Assembly (NCBI GenBank): GCA_033795485.1
Contig: JARYGO010000008.1
Location: 34,994-98,993 of the forward strand
DNA from: Sphingobium sp.
GTDB lineage: Bacteria; Pseudomonadota; Alphaproteobacteria; Sphingomonadales; Sphingomonadaceae
DNA: 64,000 nucleotides
Direction: 5' to 3'
The translations under genes and the position numbers were made by a program. The notes under the pieces are model-generated. The model had not been told where the DNA came from and did no database searches. It was given only the letters and a program-made list of their open reading frames with translations. Position 1 is the stretch's first letter, and the number at the start of each line of letters is the position of its first letter. Positions 1 through 9,852 of the stretch are shown here, piece by piece.

Positions 1-2953
1 GCTGCGCGCAGATCGCGCCATAGCTTTTCGCGCCCTTCGCGTCGGCGATATGGCGGTATCGGTCGACTGGATGGGCGGAGAAATAGAAGCCGAACGCGTC
101 CTTTTCCTGCGCCATCCGCTCTGAGGTCGACCAAGCCTGGTGCGGCGGGATTCGCACGTCTGCATGGGGCGTTTCCACCGTGCCGAACAGGCCGCCCTGC
201 CCGCTGTTCCGCGCTTCGGCGGCGCTCGCCGCGACCGACAGGATGGTTTCCGCGGCGGCGTGGACGCCGGCCCGGTCGGGATGGATGCCATCGAACGCGC
301 CCGCCGCCGCGAGGCTTTCGAGCTGGCGGCGGTTGAGCAGGCGCGGCTCGATGCGATCGGCGAAATCGTCCAGCGTCTTGAACGGACCGCCGGCGTCGCG
401 CTCCGCCACCAGCTGCTCCATCGCCTTTTCGCCCACGCCCTTGAGGCCCCCCAGCGCATAGCGGACGGCAAGGCTAAGGCGCGGATCGTCCGCCTCGCTC
501 TCCACCGGCTCGACCGAAAAGTCCGCCTCGCTCCGGTTGATGTCGGGCGCCAAGCATTGCAGGCCCATGCGGCGCATGTCGTCGACGAATATGGTCAGTT
601 TGTCGGTCAGATGGATGTCATAGGCCATCGACGCGGCATAAAATTCTGCCGGATGATGCGCCTTGAGCCATGCGGTCTGGTAGGCAAGCAGCGCATAGGC
701 GGCGGCGTGGCTCTTGTTGAAGCCATAGCCAGCGAACTTGTCGATCAAGTCGAACAGCTCGTTCGCCTTCGCCTTGGGGATGTCGCTCGCGGCGCAGCCG
801 GTGACGAAGCGCTCGCGCTGCGCGTCCATCTCCGCCTTGATCTTCTTGCCCATCGCGCGGCGCAGCAGGTCCGCGTCGCCAAGCGAATAGCCGGCCAGGA
901 TCTGCGCGGCCTGCATCACCTGTTCCTGATAGACGAAGATGCCATAGGTCTCTTCGAGGATCGGCTTCAGTAGGATATGGGGATATTCAATCGCTTCCTG
1001 CCCGTTCTTGCGACGGCCGAACATCGGGATGTTGTCCATCGGGCCGGGGCGATAGAGCGACACGAGCGCGATGATATCGCCGAAATTGGTCGGGCGCACT
1101 GCCGCCAGCGTTTTGCGCATCCCTTCCGATTCCAACTGGAACACCCCGACCGTGTCGCCGCGCTGGAGCAGTTCATAAACAGCGCCATCGTCCCAGGCGA
1201 GCGTGTCGAGGTCGACGAGCACCCCGCGCGCCTTGAGCAACTGCACCGCCTTTTGCAGAACCGACAGGGTTTTCAGGCCGAGAAAGTCGAACTTCACCAG
1301 CCCCGCGCCCTCGACATATTTCATATCGAACTGAGTGACGGGCATGTCGGAGCGCGGGTCGCGATAGAGCGGCACGAGCTGCGAGAGGGGCCGGTCGCCG
1401 ATGACGACGCCCGCCGCATGGGTGGAGCTATGGCGCGGCAGTCCCTCCAGCTTCATCGCATAGTCGATCAGGCGGCGGACCTGATTGTCGTTGTGATATT
1501 CGGCGCGAAACTCCGCGACCCCGTTCAGCGAGCGGTCGAGCGTCCAGGGATCGGTCGGATGATTGGGCACCAGCTTGGCCAGGCGGTCGACTTGCCCATA
1601 GCTCATCTGGAGCACGCGGCCGGTATCCTTGAGCACCGCGCGCGCCTTCAGCTTACCGAAGGTGATGATCTGGGCCACATGATCGGAGCCATATTTCTGC
1701 TGGACGTAGCGGATCACCTCGCCGCGCCGGGTTTCGCAAAAGTCGATGTCGAAATCAGGCATCGACACGCGTTCCGGGTTCAGGAAGCGCTCGAACAGCA
1801 GGCCCAGTTGCAGCGGATCGAGGTCGGTGATGGTGAGCGCCCAGGCGACGACCGAGCCCGCGCCCGATCCACGGCCCGGACCCACCGGAATATCATGATC
1901 CTTGGCCCATTTGATGAAGTCCGCGACGATCAGGAAATAGCCGGGAAAGCCCATCTGGATGATGATGTCGGTCTCGAACTTCAGCCGGTCGAGATAGGGC
2001 TGGCGCGCGGTCTCCTCGGTGATGCCGAGCTTCGCGAGACGCGCCTCCAGCCCGGCGCTCGCTTGCTCGCGCAGCATCCGCGCCTCGCCCTCAACGTCGC
2101 CCGCCAGGCTCGGCAGGATCGGCTTGCGCTTGGGCGCGGCGACCGCGCAGCGCTGGGCGACGACCAGCGTGTTGGCCAGCGCCTCGGGCAGATCGTCGAA
2201 CAGCCGCCTCATCTCGGCCGCCGGCTTCATCCAGGCGTCGGGCGAACTGGCGCGCCGGTCGGCGGTCTCGATATATGCGCTGTCGGCGATGCAGAGCATC
2301 ACGTCATGCGCTTCGTGGAAATGGGCTTCGGTGAAGCAGGTCGGGTTGGTCGCGACCAGCGGCAGGTCGCGGGCATAGGCGAGGTCCAGCAGATGCGGCT
2401 CCGCCTTGCCCTCCAGCGGATCGAGCCGGCGGCAGATCTCGATATAGAGACGGTCGGGAAACAGCGCCTGCAAGCGGTCGGCATAGGCCAGGGCCGCGTC
2501 GGGCTGGTCCTCCGCGAACAGGCGGGCGAGCGCGCCCTCTCCGCCGGCGGTCAGCGCGATCAGCCCGTCGGTGCGCCCTTCAAGCGCGTCGAGCGTGACA
2601 TGAGGCACTTCCTCGACCGGGCGGTCGAGATGAGCCATAGACACTAGGGCGCAGAGATTGTCGTAGCCGGCCTTGTCCTGGGCGTAGAGCGCGATCCAGT
2701 CATGAACCGGCGCATTAACCGGCCGGTCGGACCGCAGCACGCCCAGCATCGTGCCGATGATCGGCTGAACCCCCTCGCCCTTGCAGGCGTCGGAGAAGGC
2801 CATCGCCGCATAGAGGCCGTTGCGGTCGGTGAGCGCCGCCGCCGGAAAACCCAGCGCTTTCGCCTGTTTGGCGATGGCTTTCGGCTCGATCGCTCCGTCC
2901 AGCATCGTGTAGCAGGAAAAAACGCGCAGGGGGACGAAAGGAGCATGGGGCAT
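1..2953 (-). CDS. dnaE: DNA polymerase III alpha subunit (runs off the left edge of the window)
   Basis: Manual translation: starts MPHAPFVPLRVFSCYTMLDGAI (PHP domain); contains GPGRGSGAGS, FERFLNPERVSMPDFDIDF and YGFNKSHAAAY. Absent from the ORF track because there is no stop codon in the window. Confidence 0.97.
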   Translation of the reverse strand, partial: MPHAPFVPLRVFSCYTMLDGAIEPKAIAKQAKALGFPAAALTDRNGLYAAMAFSDACKGEGVQPIIGTMLGVLRSDRPVNAPVHDWIALYAQDKAGYDNLCALVSMAHLDRPVEEVPHVTLDALEGRTDGLIALTAGGEGALARLFAEDQPDAALAYADRLQALFPDRLYIEICRRLDPLEGKAEPHLLDLAYARDLPLVATNPTCFTEAHFHEAHDVMLCIADSAYIETADRRASSPDAWMKPAAEMRRLFDDLPEALANTLVVAQRCAVAAPKRKPILPSLAGDVEGEARMLREQASAGLEARLAKLGITEETARQPYLDRLKFETDIIIQMGFPGYFLIVADFIKWAKDHDIPVGPGRGSGAGSVVAWALTITDLDPLQLGLLFERFLNPERVSMPDFDIDFCETRRGEVIRYVQQKYGSDHVAQIITFGKLKARAVLKDTGRVLQMSYGQVDRLAKLVPNHPTDPWTLDRSLNGVAEFRAEYHNDNQVRRLIDYAMKLEGLPRHSSTHAAGVVIGDRPLSQLVPLYRDPRSDMPVTQFDMKYVEGAGLVKFDFLGLKTLSVLQKAVQLLKARGVLVDLDTLAWDDGAVYELLQRGDTVGVFQLESEGMRKTLAAVRPTNFGDIIALVSLYRPGPMDNIPMFGRRKNGQEAIEYPHILLKPILEETYGIFVYQEQVMQAAQILAGYSLGDADLLRRAMGKKIKAEMDAQRERFVTGCAASDIPKAKANELFDLIDKFAGYGFNKSHAAAYALLAYQTAWLKAHHPAEFYAASMAYDIHLTDKLTIFVDDMRRMGLQCLAPDINRSEADFSVEPVESEADDPRLSLAVRYALGGLKGVGEKAMEQLVAERDAGGPFKTLDDFADRIEPRLLNRRQLESLAAAGAFDGIHPDRAGVHAAAETILSVAASAAEARNSGQGGLFGTVETPHADVRIPPHQAWSTSERMAQEKDAFGFYFSAHPVDRYRHIADAKGAKSYGAICAQ

Positions 2954-3041
2954 GGCGGCAGCCTAGCGCGGGTTCACCGATTCTGGAAAGGCCGGCGGGT
3001 CATATTTATGACCGTCCGGCGCTCTGCCGTGGACCCGATTC

Positions 3042-3719
3042 CTATGCCAGCACGCCCTCGTGCAGGCGGACCACCCGGTCCATCTTCTGCGCGAGCCGCT
3101 CATTATGAGTCGCCACCAGCGCGGCGGAGCCTTCCTCGCGGACCAGGCGCAGAAACTCGGCCAGCACGACGTCGGCGGTGCGTTCGTCCAGATTGCCGGT
3201 CGGCTCGTCCGCCAGCACCAGCGCGGGCCGGTTGGCGAGCGCGCGGGCGACGGCGACGCGCTGCTGCTCCCCCCCCGACAATTGGCTGGGCCGGTGGTCG
3301 AGGCGGTGGCCGAGGCCCAGCGAGGTCAGCAGCGACTGCGCGCGGGCGACCGCCTGCTGCATGGTCCGATCGCGGATCATCTGCGGCAGCACGACATTCT
3401 CGGTCGCATTGAAGTCGGGCAGCAGGTGATGGAATTGATAGACGAAGCCCAGCGCGTCGCGGCGCAGGCGGGTGCGGCCGTCATTGTCGAGCCGGGCGGC
3501 TTCCTCCCCCTCGATCCGGATCGAGCCTTCGAAACCACCTTCAAGCAGGCCCACGGCCTGGAGCAGCGTGGACTTGCCCGATCCGGAAGGACCCAGCAGC
3601 GCCACGATTTCGCCGCGTCCCACGGTCAGGTCGACGCCACGCAGCACCTCTATGGTGACGCCGCCCTGGGTGAAGCTGCGGGTGAGGCCGCTGACCTCCA
3701 GCGTCGCCGTCTCATTCAT
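3042..3719 (-). CDS. lolD: Lipoprotein-releasing ABC transporter ATPase
   Basis: Walker [20 protein letters not shown] signature, [10 protein letters not shown]; downstream of the LolC/E permease. Confidence 0.93.
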   Translation of the reverse strand: MNETATLEVSGLTRSFTQGGVTIEVLRGVDLTVGRGEIVALLGPSGSGKSTLLQAVGLLEGGFEGSIRIEGEEAARLDNDGRTRLRRDALGFVYQFHHLLPDFNATENVVLPQMIRDRTMQQAVARAQSLLTSLGLGHRLDHRPSQLSGGEQQRVAVARALANRPALVLADEPTGNLDERTADVVLAEFLRLVREEGSAALVATHNERLAQKMDRVVRLHEGVLA

Positions 3720-4962
3720 AACGCAGCACCTGGACCGGATCGGTATTGGCGGCCTTGAAGGCCGGATAGAGGGTGGCGAGGAAGCTGAACACCAGCGCCA
3801 TCAGGCAGATGGTCACGATCTCCACCGGATCTGCCTTGGACGGCAGCTCGGTCAGAAAGCGGATCGAGGGGTCCCAAAGATTCTGGCCGGTGACGAACTG
3901 GATCGCGTTGACGATCGACTGGCGGAAGAAGAGGAAGGTGAAGCCCAGCACCAGCCCCGCCCCCATGCCGAGGGTGCCGATCGTGACGCCCACGGTCATG
4001 AAGATCTTGACCAGCCCGCTACGCGACGCCCCCATCGTCCGCAGGATGGCTATGTCGCGGGTCTTGGCGCGAACCAGCATGATGAGCGAGGACAGGATGT
4101 TGAATACCGCCACGAGCACGATGATCGACAGGACGACGAACATCGCCACCCGCTCGACCGCCAGCGCCTCGAACAGCGATGCGTTCATCTGGCGCCAGTC
4201 GCTGACGACCGCGCGGCCCGCGACCTTGGCGGCCAGGGGCTGAAGGATTTCGCCGACCCGGTCGGCGTCCACCGTCTCCACCTCGATCATGCCGACGACA
4301 TCGCCCAGCAGCAGCAGCGTCTGGGCATCCTCCATCGGCATGACGACGAAGGCCTTGTCATAATCATAGACGCCGACCTCGAAGATCGCCGCGACCTGAT
4401 AGCTGACCTCGCGCGGGACCGTGCCGAACGGCGTGGCGCGCCCCGCCGGGTTGATGATGGAGATGCTGTCGCCAAGCTGGATGCCCAGATTTTCGGCGAG
4501 CCGCACGCCAATCGCGACCTTGCCGGCGTTGGCGATCAGGTCGCTGAGGCTGCCCGCCACCACCTTATCGCGCAGGGTCGGGTTCGTCCGGATGTCGGGC
4601 ACCGTCATACCGCGCACCAGCACCGCCTCCACCCGGCCCTTGTAATTGCCGAGCAGCGGCTGCTCGATCAGTGGCGTCGCGCTGGTGACGCCGGGCGTCG
4701 CCTTCGCTTCTCTTAGCACATCCCGCCATTCGGGCAGGCGCCCGCCATAGCCCTGAACAACTGCATGGCCGTTCAAGCCGACGATTTTGTCGAACAGCTC
4801 GGCGCGGAAGCCGTTCATCACGCTCATGACGATGATGAGCGCAGCGACGCCCAGCATGACCGCGACCAGGCTGATCCCGGCGACCAGGAAGATGAAGCCC
4901 TCTCCCTTGCCCGGCAGCAGGTAGCGCTTGGCGATCATGCGCTCGTAACGGTTGAGAATCAT
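3712..4962 (-). CDS. lolE: Lipoprotein-releasing ABC transporter permease LolC/E
   Basis: [15 protein letters not shown] start, [18 protein letters not shown] and C-terminal PVQVLRYE motifs. Confidence 0.92.
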   Translation of the reverse strand: MILNRYERMIAKRYLLPGKGEGFIFLVAGISLVAVMLGVAALIIVMSVMNGFRAELFDKIVGLNGHAVVQGYGGRLPEWRDVLREAKATPGVTSATPLIEQPLLGNYKGRVEAVLVRGMTVPDIRTNPTLRDKVVAGSLSDLIANAGKVAIGVRLAENLGIQLGDSISIINPAGRATPFGTVPREVSYQVAAIFEVGVYDYDKAFVVMPMEDAQTLLLLGDVVGMIEVETVDADRVGEILQPLAAKVAGRAVVSDWRQMNASLFEALAVERVAMFVVLSIIVLVAVFNILSSLIMLVRAKTRDIAILRTMGASRSGLVKIFMTVGVTIGTLGMGAGLVLGFTFLFFRQSIVNAIQFVTGQNLWDPSIRFLTELPSKADPVEIVTICLMALVFSFLATLYPAFKAANTDPVQVLRYE

Positions 4963-5171
4963 CGGATGGATCGGTGCCTTTCGCTTGCCCCTGCCGCGCC
5001 GCTCTAGCAGGGCGGGATCGAACGGCAAGTGGCGCTCAAATGTTGCAATGATGACACATGGACGACGGCAAAATTATGGCGCTCGCAATTCCGCCGTGAC
5101 TCGGCTCCGCGCGGCGCATAACCAGATAGTCGAAGCACAGGTTAATGGCCGTGGTTCAGGGATACTGCATC

Positions 5172-5278
5172 CCGCTTCGAGCTTAGGGGGCTAAGAAGCG
5201 GTCGAGGCAGGACCAAGGGGGAGACGAGCAATCGTCCATTAGCGCCCGGATCGTGGAAACGCGGTTCGGGCGCTTTTC
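5172..5278 (+). ncRNA. Candidate structured small RNA (unannotated)
   Basis: Four consecutive hairpins with GCAA/GAAA tetraloops and G-U pairs favouring the + strand; ends in an intrinsic terminator (5241-5277); -10-like GATACT at 5161-5166; no ORF of note. Confidence 0.5.
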
Positions 5279-5290
5279 ATTTCCTGCCAT

Positions 5291-5318
5291 CTTGAAAGCG
5301 AAAAAGGCCCAACCATAT
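5291..5318 (+). promoter_or_regulatory. RpoH (sigma-32) heat-shock promoter
   Basis: CTTGAA-N16-CCATAT upstream of the small heat-shock protein gene. Confidence 0.85.
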
Positions 5319-5324
5319 CAAGCG

Positions 5325-5418
5325 CGTCCGGCCGCCGAACGGGGTCGGGCATGAGTATGTCGCCGGACGCCATATGGGTTCGGCGGGTTCATTTTGCTCT
5401 TTGGGAGATTATGACATG
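5325..5418 (+). promoter_or_regulatory. ROSE-like RNA thermometer in the sHSP 5' UTR
   Basis: 3' hairpin TCATTTTGCTC-TTTG-GGAGATTATGA places a UUGCU motif opposite the SD; further hairpins lie upstream. Confidence 0.65.
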
Positions 5419-5883
5419 CGTGGATTTGACCTTACCCCCTATCGCCGCTCGACCGTCGGCTTCGATCGTCTGTTCGACCTGATCGAAAATAATGCCCGGT
5501 TGCAGCAGGGCGACAATTATCCCCCCTTCAACATCGAGCGTCTGTCCGAGGATCGCTATCGCGTGACGCTGGCCGTGGCCGGCTTCCGCAGCGACGAGAT
5601 CGACATCACCGCCCAGCAGAATCTGCTCCAGGTGAGCGGCCGCAAGGAAGAAGTGGCGTCGGGCGACCGCGCCAAATTCGTCCATGTGGGGATCGCCAAC
5701 CGCAGCTTCGAGCGGCGGTTCGAACTGGCCGATTTCGTCCGCGTCGAGAAAGCCGATCTGGCCGATGGCCTGCTGACGATCGAGCTGGTACGCGAAGTGC
5801 CCGAGGCGATGAAGCCCAAGAAGATCGCCATCAACGGCGGTCAGCTCGTGGACCTCAACGCCAAGGATCGCGACGCGGCCTGA
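5416..5883 (+). CDS. ibpA: Small heat-shock protein (Hsp20/IbpA family)
   Basis: RSTVGFDRLFD, NYPPFNIE, GIANRSFERRF and DGLLTIEL motifs. Confidence 0.95.
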   Translation: MRGFDLTPYRRSTVGFDRLFDLIENNARLQQGDNYPPFNIERLSEDRYRVTLAVAGFRSDEIDITAQQNLLQVSGRKEEVASGDRAKFVHVGIANRSFERRFELADFVRVEKADLADGLLTIELVREVPEAMKPKKIAINGGQLVDLNAKDRDAA

Positions 5884-5905
5884 TATCGTCGGATGTGAAG
5901 TGATG

Positions 5906-5935
5906 GAGGGCGCGGCGGCAACGTCGCGCCCTTTT
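5906..5935 (+). terminator. Intrinsic terminator after the sHSP gene
   Basis: GAGGGCGCGGCG-GCAA-CGTCGCGCCCT followed by Ts. Confidence 0.8.
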
Positions 5936-6011
5936 AGCCATGACGGGTGGCAGGTGGCAGGCAACGTATCGGCTGATGGCCGATGTCGTAGATCAGCGAC
6001 GCTCGCCATTA

Positions 6012-6108
6012 CCGTCATCCTGACGAAAGTCAGGATCCATTGGCTCTGGCCTCTCGAAAGACAAACAGCCGTTGCGCAAATGGATTCCGGATCAAGTCCG
6101 GGATGACG
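6012..6108. repeat. Palindromic REP/RPE-like element, family A (CCGTCATCC...GGATGACG)
   Basis: Terminal inverted repeats plus internal hairpins ATCCTGACGAAAGTCAGGAT and TCCGGATCAAGTCCGGG; intergenic between convergent genes. Confidence 0.8.
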
Positions 6109-6183
6109 AGATAGAGGCGCTGGCTCGCAGGGAGACGGCGGCACCGAGGCTCGCCACCGTCAGCGGGCCCCTAACTCTCCACG

Positions 6184-8121
6184 TTAAATCTCGACCTGAC
6201 TGCCCAGTTCGACCACCCTGTTGGTGGGCAAACGGAAAAATTCCATCGCGCTTTCCGCGTTGCGTAGCATCCAGGCGAAGATCTTCTCGCGCCACAGCGG
6301 CATGCCGGGATTAGCCGAAGGGAGTAGCGTCTGGCGCGCCAGGAAGAAGCTCGTGTCCATCATCTTGAAGCTCTGGCCGCATCCAGTGACATTCTTGAGT
6401 GCGGCGGGAACATCGGGTTCCTGCATGAAGCCATATTGCAGGACGAGGCGGAAGAAGCCCCGGCCCAGATCCTCCAGCCGGAAGCGCCCTTCGTCCTGGA
6501 CCACCGGCACGTCCTTGATCTTCACGGTCAGCAGGATGACTCGCTCATGCAGGACCTTGTTGTGCTTCAGATTGTGGAGCAGCGCATGGGGCACGCCGTC
6601 CGGGGTCGACGTCATGAAGACCGCGGTGCCCGGCACGCGGACCGCGCTATTGGCGGCGGACGCGACGAAGACCGGGATCGGCATCGCCGCCTCGCGCATC
6701 CGGTCCTGCATCAGCTTGCGCCCGCGCGACCAGGTGGTGAGCAGGGTGAAGATGATGAAGCCGATCAGCAGCGGGAACCAGCCGCCGTCGGGCACTTTCG
6801 TCAGGTTCGCGGCCAGATAAGCGCCGTCCACCATGTAGAATACCGCCAGCAGCGGGGCGGCCTGATACCATTTCCAGTTCCACAGGCGATAGAGCACGAC
6901 CGTCAGCAGCACGTTGTCGATGAACATCGCTCCCGTGACCGCGATGCCGTAGGCGGCGGTCAGGTTGGAAGATGTCTGGAACACCAGCACCAGCATGATG
7001 ACCATGATCATCAGCCCCCAGTTGATGAGGGGGATATAGATCTGGCCAGCGGTCGTGGCGTTGGTATGCTCTATCCGCAGCCGGGGCATGAAACCGAGCT
7101 GGATCGCCTGCTGCGTGACCGAGAAGGCGCCCGAAATCACCGCCTGCGACGCAATGATCGCTGCCAGCGTGGCGAGGCCGATCAACGGAAGCTGCGCCCA
7201 TTGCGGGGCGAGGTTGTAGAAGGGGCTGTGCAGCGCGGCCGCGCCCTCGCGGAACAGCAGCGCGCCCTGCCCCATATAGTTCATCATCAGCGCGGGCAGG
7301 ACGAAGGCCAGCCAGGACACGCGGATCGGGCTGCGGCCGAAATGGCCCATGTCGGCATAGAGCGCCTCGGCCCCGGTGACGGCCAGCACGACCGACCCCA
7401 GCGCAAGAAAGGCGGGCAGCGGGTCCGACAGGAAGAACATCGCCGCCCAATAGGGATTGAGCGCCACCAATATGCCCGGCGTCTGGACGATGCTGATGAC
7501 GCCGAGCGTCGCGATCGTGATGAAATAGAGCATCATGATCGGGCCGAACAGGGTAGCGACCCTGTTGGTCCCCAGCCCCTGAATCCAGAACAGGCCAAGC
7601 AGGATGACGATGGCGGCGGGCAGGATGACGGGCGCGAGATCGCTGTTATAGACCGCCAGACCCTCGACTGCCGACAGCACCGACACCGCCGGGGTGATCA
7701 TCGAGTCGCCGTAGAACAGCGCGGTCGCGAACACGCCCAGCAGGATGATGCCGGACGACCAGCGCGGCGTTTTAGTAGTGCCGTTGATCAGCGCCAGGAG
7801 CGCCAGGCTGCCCCCCTCCCCCTTATTGTCCGCGCGCATGATGACGGTGACATATTTCAGGGTCACGACCAGCATCATCGACCAGAACATCAGGCTGATG
7901 ACGCCCATGATGTGGGCCGGGTCGAGGTCCAGATGATGATGGCCGGCGAAGGTTTCGCGAAAGGCGTAGAGCGGGCTGGTGCCGATGTCGCCGAAGACGA
8001 TGCCGATCGCGCCGACCACCAGCTTCACGGTGGCCTTCTGCCTTCCGTGGCCGTGGACGCCGTCGTCCTGATCGTCGCCAGCGCGCGAGGCGGGCGCGCC
8101 GCCGACCACATGGTCAGTCAT
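6184..8121 (-). CDS. kup: KUP-family potassium transporter
   Basis: [33 protein letters not shown] and [12 protein letters not shown] motifs. Confidence 0.96.
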   Translation of the reverse strand: MTDHVVGGAPASRAGDDQDDGVHGHGRQKATVKLVVGAIGIVFGDIGTSPLYAFRETFAGHHHLDLDPAHIMGVISLMFWSMMLVVTLKYVTVIMRADNKGEGGSLALLALINGTTKTPRWSSGIILLGVFATALFYGDSMITPAVSVLSAVEGLAVYNSDLAPVILPAAIVILLGLFWIQGLGTNRVATLFGPIMMLYFITIATLGVISIVQTPGILVALNPYWAAMFFLSDPLPAFLALGSVVLAVTGAEALYADMGHFGRSPIRVSWLAFVLPALMMNYMGQGALLFREGAAALHSPFYNLAPQWAQLPLIGLATLAAIIASQAVISGAFSVTQQAIQLGFMPRLRIEHTNATTAGQIYIPLINWGLMIMVIMLVLVFQTSSNLTAAYGIAVTGAMFIDNVLLTVVLYRLWNWKWYQAAPLLAVFYMVDGAYLAANLTKVPDGGWFPLLIGFIIFTLLTTWSRGRKLMQDRMREAAMPIPVFVASAANSAVRVPGTAVFMTSTPDGVPHALLHNLKHNKVLHERVILLTVKIKDVPVVQDEGRFRLEDLGRGFFRLVLQYGFMQEPDVPAALKNVTGCGQSFKMMDTSFFLARQTLLPSANPGMPLWREKIFAWMLRNAESAMEFFRLPTNRVVELGSQVEI

Positions 8122-8261
8122 AGGGTAAACCGAAAGGTCATGCGGTGCCAACACCCAAGTGGGACAGGCGATCCGTGATCCCGGTCAGCCTGAAACCGCC
8201 GCGCCCTATCACGGCTCACAGGGGCGCGCAATCGGACGACTCCGTGTCCTATTGCATTGCA

Positions 8262-8915
8262 TCATCGCGGCACACCGCCCCGGTAGGCTCCCGCGCCCGC
8301 CAGCATGGCGTCGATACGGGCGATATTGTCCCGAAGCTGCGCCTTCAGCGCGCTATCGTCGGGCGCAGCGGCGACCAGCGGGGCCCACTGATCGCGCGCC
8401 GCGCGTAGCCGGCCGGCCTGGGCCAGCGCCAGGCCGTAGAAATAGCGGGGCGCGGGCGCGTCCGGCGCGAACCGCAACGCCTGCCGGAACGCGAAGTCGG
8501 CGCCGGGAGACAATGCCCCGCCGCCATGCGCGACAAGGGCGTTGCCCAGCCCCAGCCACAAATTGGCATCCCTTGGCGTCAGCTTCAGCCCGGATAGCAG
8601 GACATTGGCCGCCTCCTTCGTCTGTCCGCGCCGGCCGAGGCCATCGGACAGCATCAGCCATTGCGCAGCGGGGCCATATCGTTCCGCCAGCCCGCTGCGC
8701 TGCTTGGCCAGATCCTCGTCGAACGAAGCCGCGCCTTTCTCCGCCGCCGCGCGGGGCGCGCCAGCCATGCCCGGATTGCCCTGCCAGGCATAGCCGGCAA
8801 GGCCCAGCAGCAGCGCCGCTCCGGTCATCTCCCAGGCGGCGCGCGGCATCCGGCCCACGAGCAGCAGCGCGCCCAGCACGAGCAGCAGCAGGATAGCGGC
8901 GATGATCCAGCCCAT
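8262..8915 (-). CDS. ccmI: Cytochrome c maturation TPR protein (CcmI/CycH-like)
   Basis: Two N-terminal TM helices, GYAWQGNP and TPR-like repeats; last gene of the ccm operon. Confidence 0.75.
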   Translation of the reverse strand: MGWIIAAILLLLVLGALLLVGRMPRAAWEMTGAALLLGLAGYAWQGNPGMAGAPRAAAEKGAASFDEDLAKQRSGLAERYGPAAQWLMLSDGLGRRGQTKEAANVLLSGLKLTPRDANLWLGLGNALVAHGGGALSPGADFAFRQALRFAPDAPAPRYFYGLALAQAGRLRAARDQWAPLVAAAPDDSALKAQLRDNIARIDAMLAGAGAYRGGVPR

Positions 8916-9328
8916 CAGCTTCCACGCCCCCTCTTCTTCAGCCGTCCGCGCACCAACAGCAGGCCAAGGCCCAGCAACAGCAGCGGCGCGGCCCAAAGCG
9001 GCCAGAGGATCGGCGCTGTGGTCGGCGCATAGCTCACCCAGTCGCCATAGCGTTCGATCAGCCAGGCGCGGATATGCTCGGGCTTTTCCCCGGCCATGAT
9101 CCGCTGGCGGATTTTCGAGCGCATGTCGCCCGCCATGCTGGCCTCGCTGTCGGCGATCGACTGGCTCTGGCAGGTCAGGCAGCGGATCGTTTCCATCAAC
9201 GCGCGCGCCTGTCGCTCCAGCGCCGGATCGGCGATCTGGCGATCGGCATAGGGCGCGGGCGGAAGTGCCGTCTGAGCGTGGAGCGGCGCGCCGACGAGCA
9301 AGGCCAAGAGCAGCAGAAGGCGGATCAT
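8915..9328 (-). CDS. ccmH: Cytochrome c biogenesis protein CcmH
   Basis: IRCLTCQSQSIADS (CxxC) and RYGDWV motifs. Confidence 0.93.
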   Translation of the reverse strand: MIRLLLLLALLVGAPLHAQTALPPAPYADRQIADPALERQARALMETIRCLTCQSQSIADSEASMAGDMRSKIRQRIMAGEKPEHIRAWLIERYGDWVSYAPTTAPILWPLWAAPLLLLGLGLLLVRGRLKKRGRGS

Positions 9329-9852
9329 CGCGCCTGCTCCACGATGTTCAGCAGGCCGGGCACGTCATCAGCGCGGATGTCGCCGATATGCTGGTGAACG
9401 ATCCGCCCCCTCCCGTCGATGACGAAAGTTTCGGGGACGCCCGACGATCCGAGCGCGATCTGGACGCCGCTGCGCGCGTCGAGGCCGATGCGGGCATAGG
9501 GATTGCCCCAGCGCTTCAGGAAGGCGTCGACGTCGGGCCGGGCGTCGCGAATGGCGATGGCGTCGATCGGGACCCCCGCTCGGCGCAGCGCCATCAGTTG
9601 CGGCGCTTCGGCGGCGCAGGGCACGCACCAGCTCGCGAAGATGTTGAGCAGGCGCGGCTGGCCGGTCGCAAGCACCTTGCTGGACAGACCCGGCCGGTCG
9701 CTAGCGGCGGGCGGCAGGGCGAAGGCGGGCAGCGTTTGGCCCACCAGCTTCGACCGGATCAAATGATCGTCGGGCGTCGCGAGCCGGCCCGCGAACAATA
9801 TGATCGCGCCCAGGAACAGGGCCAGCGGCACCCAGATCAGCAGGCGCTTCAT
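9325..9852 (-). CDS. ccmG: Thiol-disulfide oxidoreductase CcmG/DsbE
   Basis: MKRLLIWVPL start, FASWCVPC and GVPETFVID motifs. Confidence 0.92.
   Translation of the reverse strand: MKRLLIWVPLALFLGAIILFAGRLATPDDHLIRSKLVGQTLPAFALPPAASDRPGLSSKVLATGQPRLLNIFASWCVPCAAEAPQLMALRRAGVPIDAIAIRDARPDVDAFLKRWGNPYARIGLDARSGVQIALGSSGVPETFVIDGRGRIVHQHIGDIRADDVPGLLNIVEQAR

Noticed and set aside
140-2647. Long + strand ORFs (277 and 556 aa), and similar long antisense ORFs opposite kup, ppdK, gyrA, mreB and others
   Set aside because: Shadow ORFs opposite well-conserved genes, typical of high-GC codon bias; no recognisable motifs.
1-2953. Possible intein in dnaE (also considered for gyrA)
   Set aside because: The motifs I translated are contiguous and lengths look normal; no intein-like insert seen in the visible portion.
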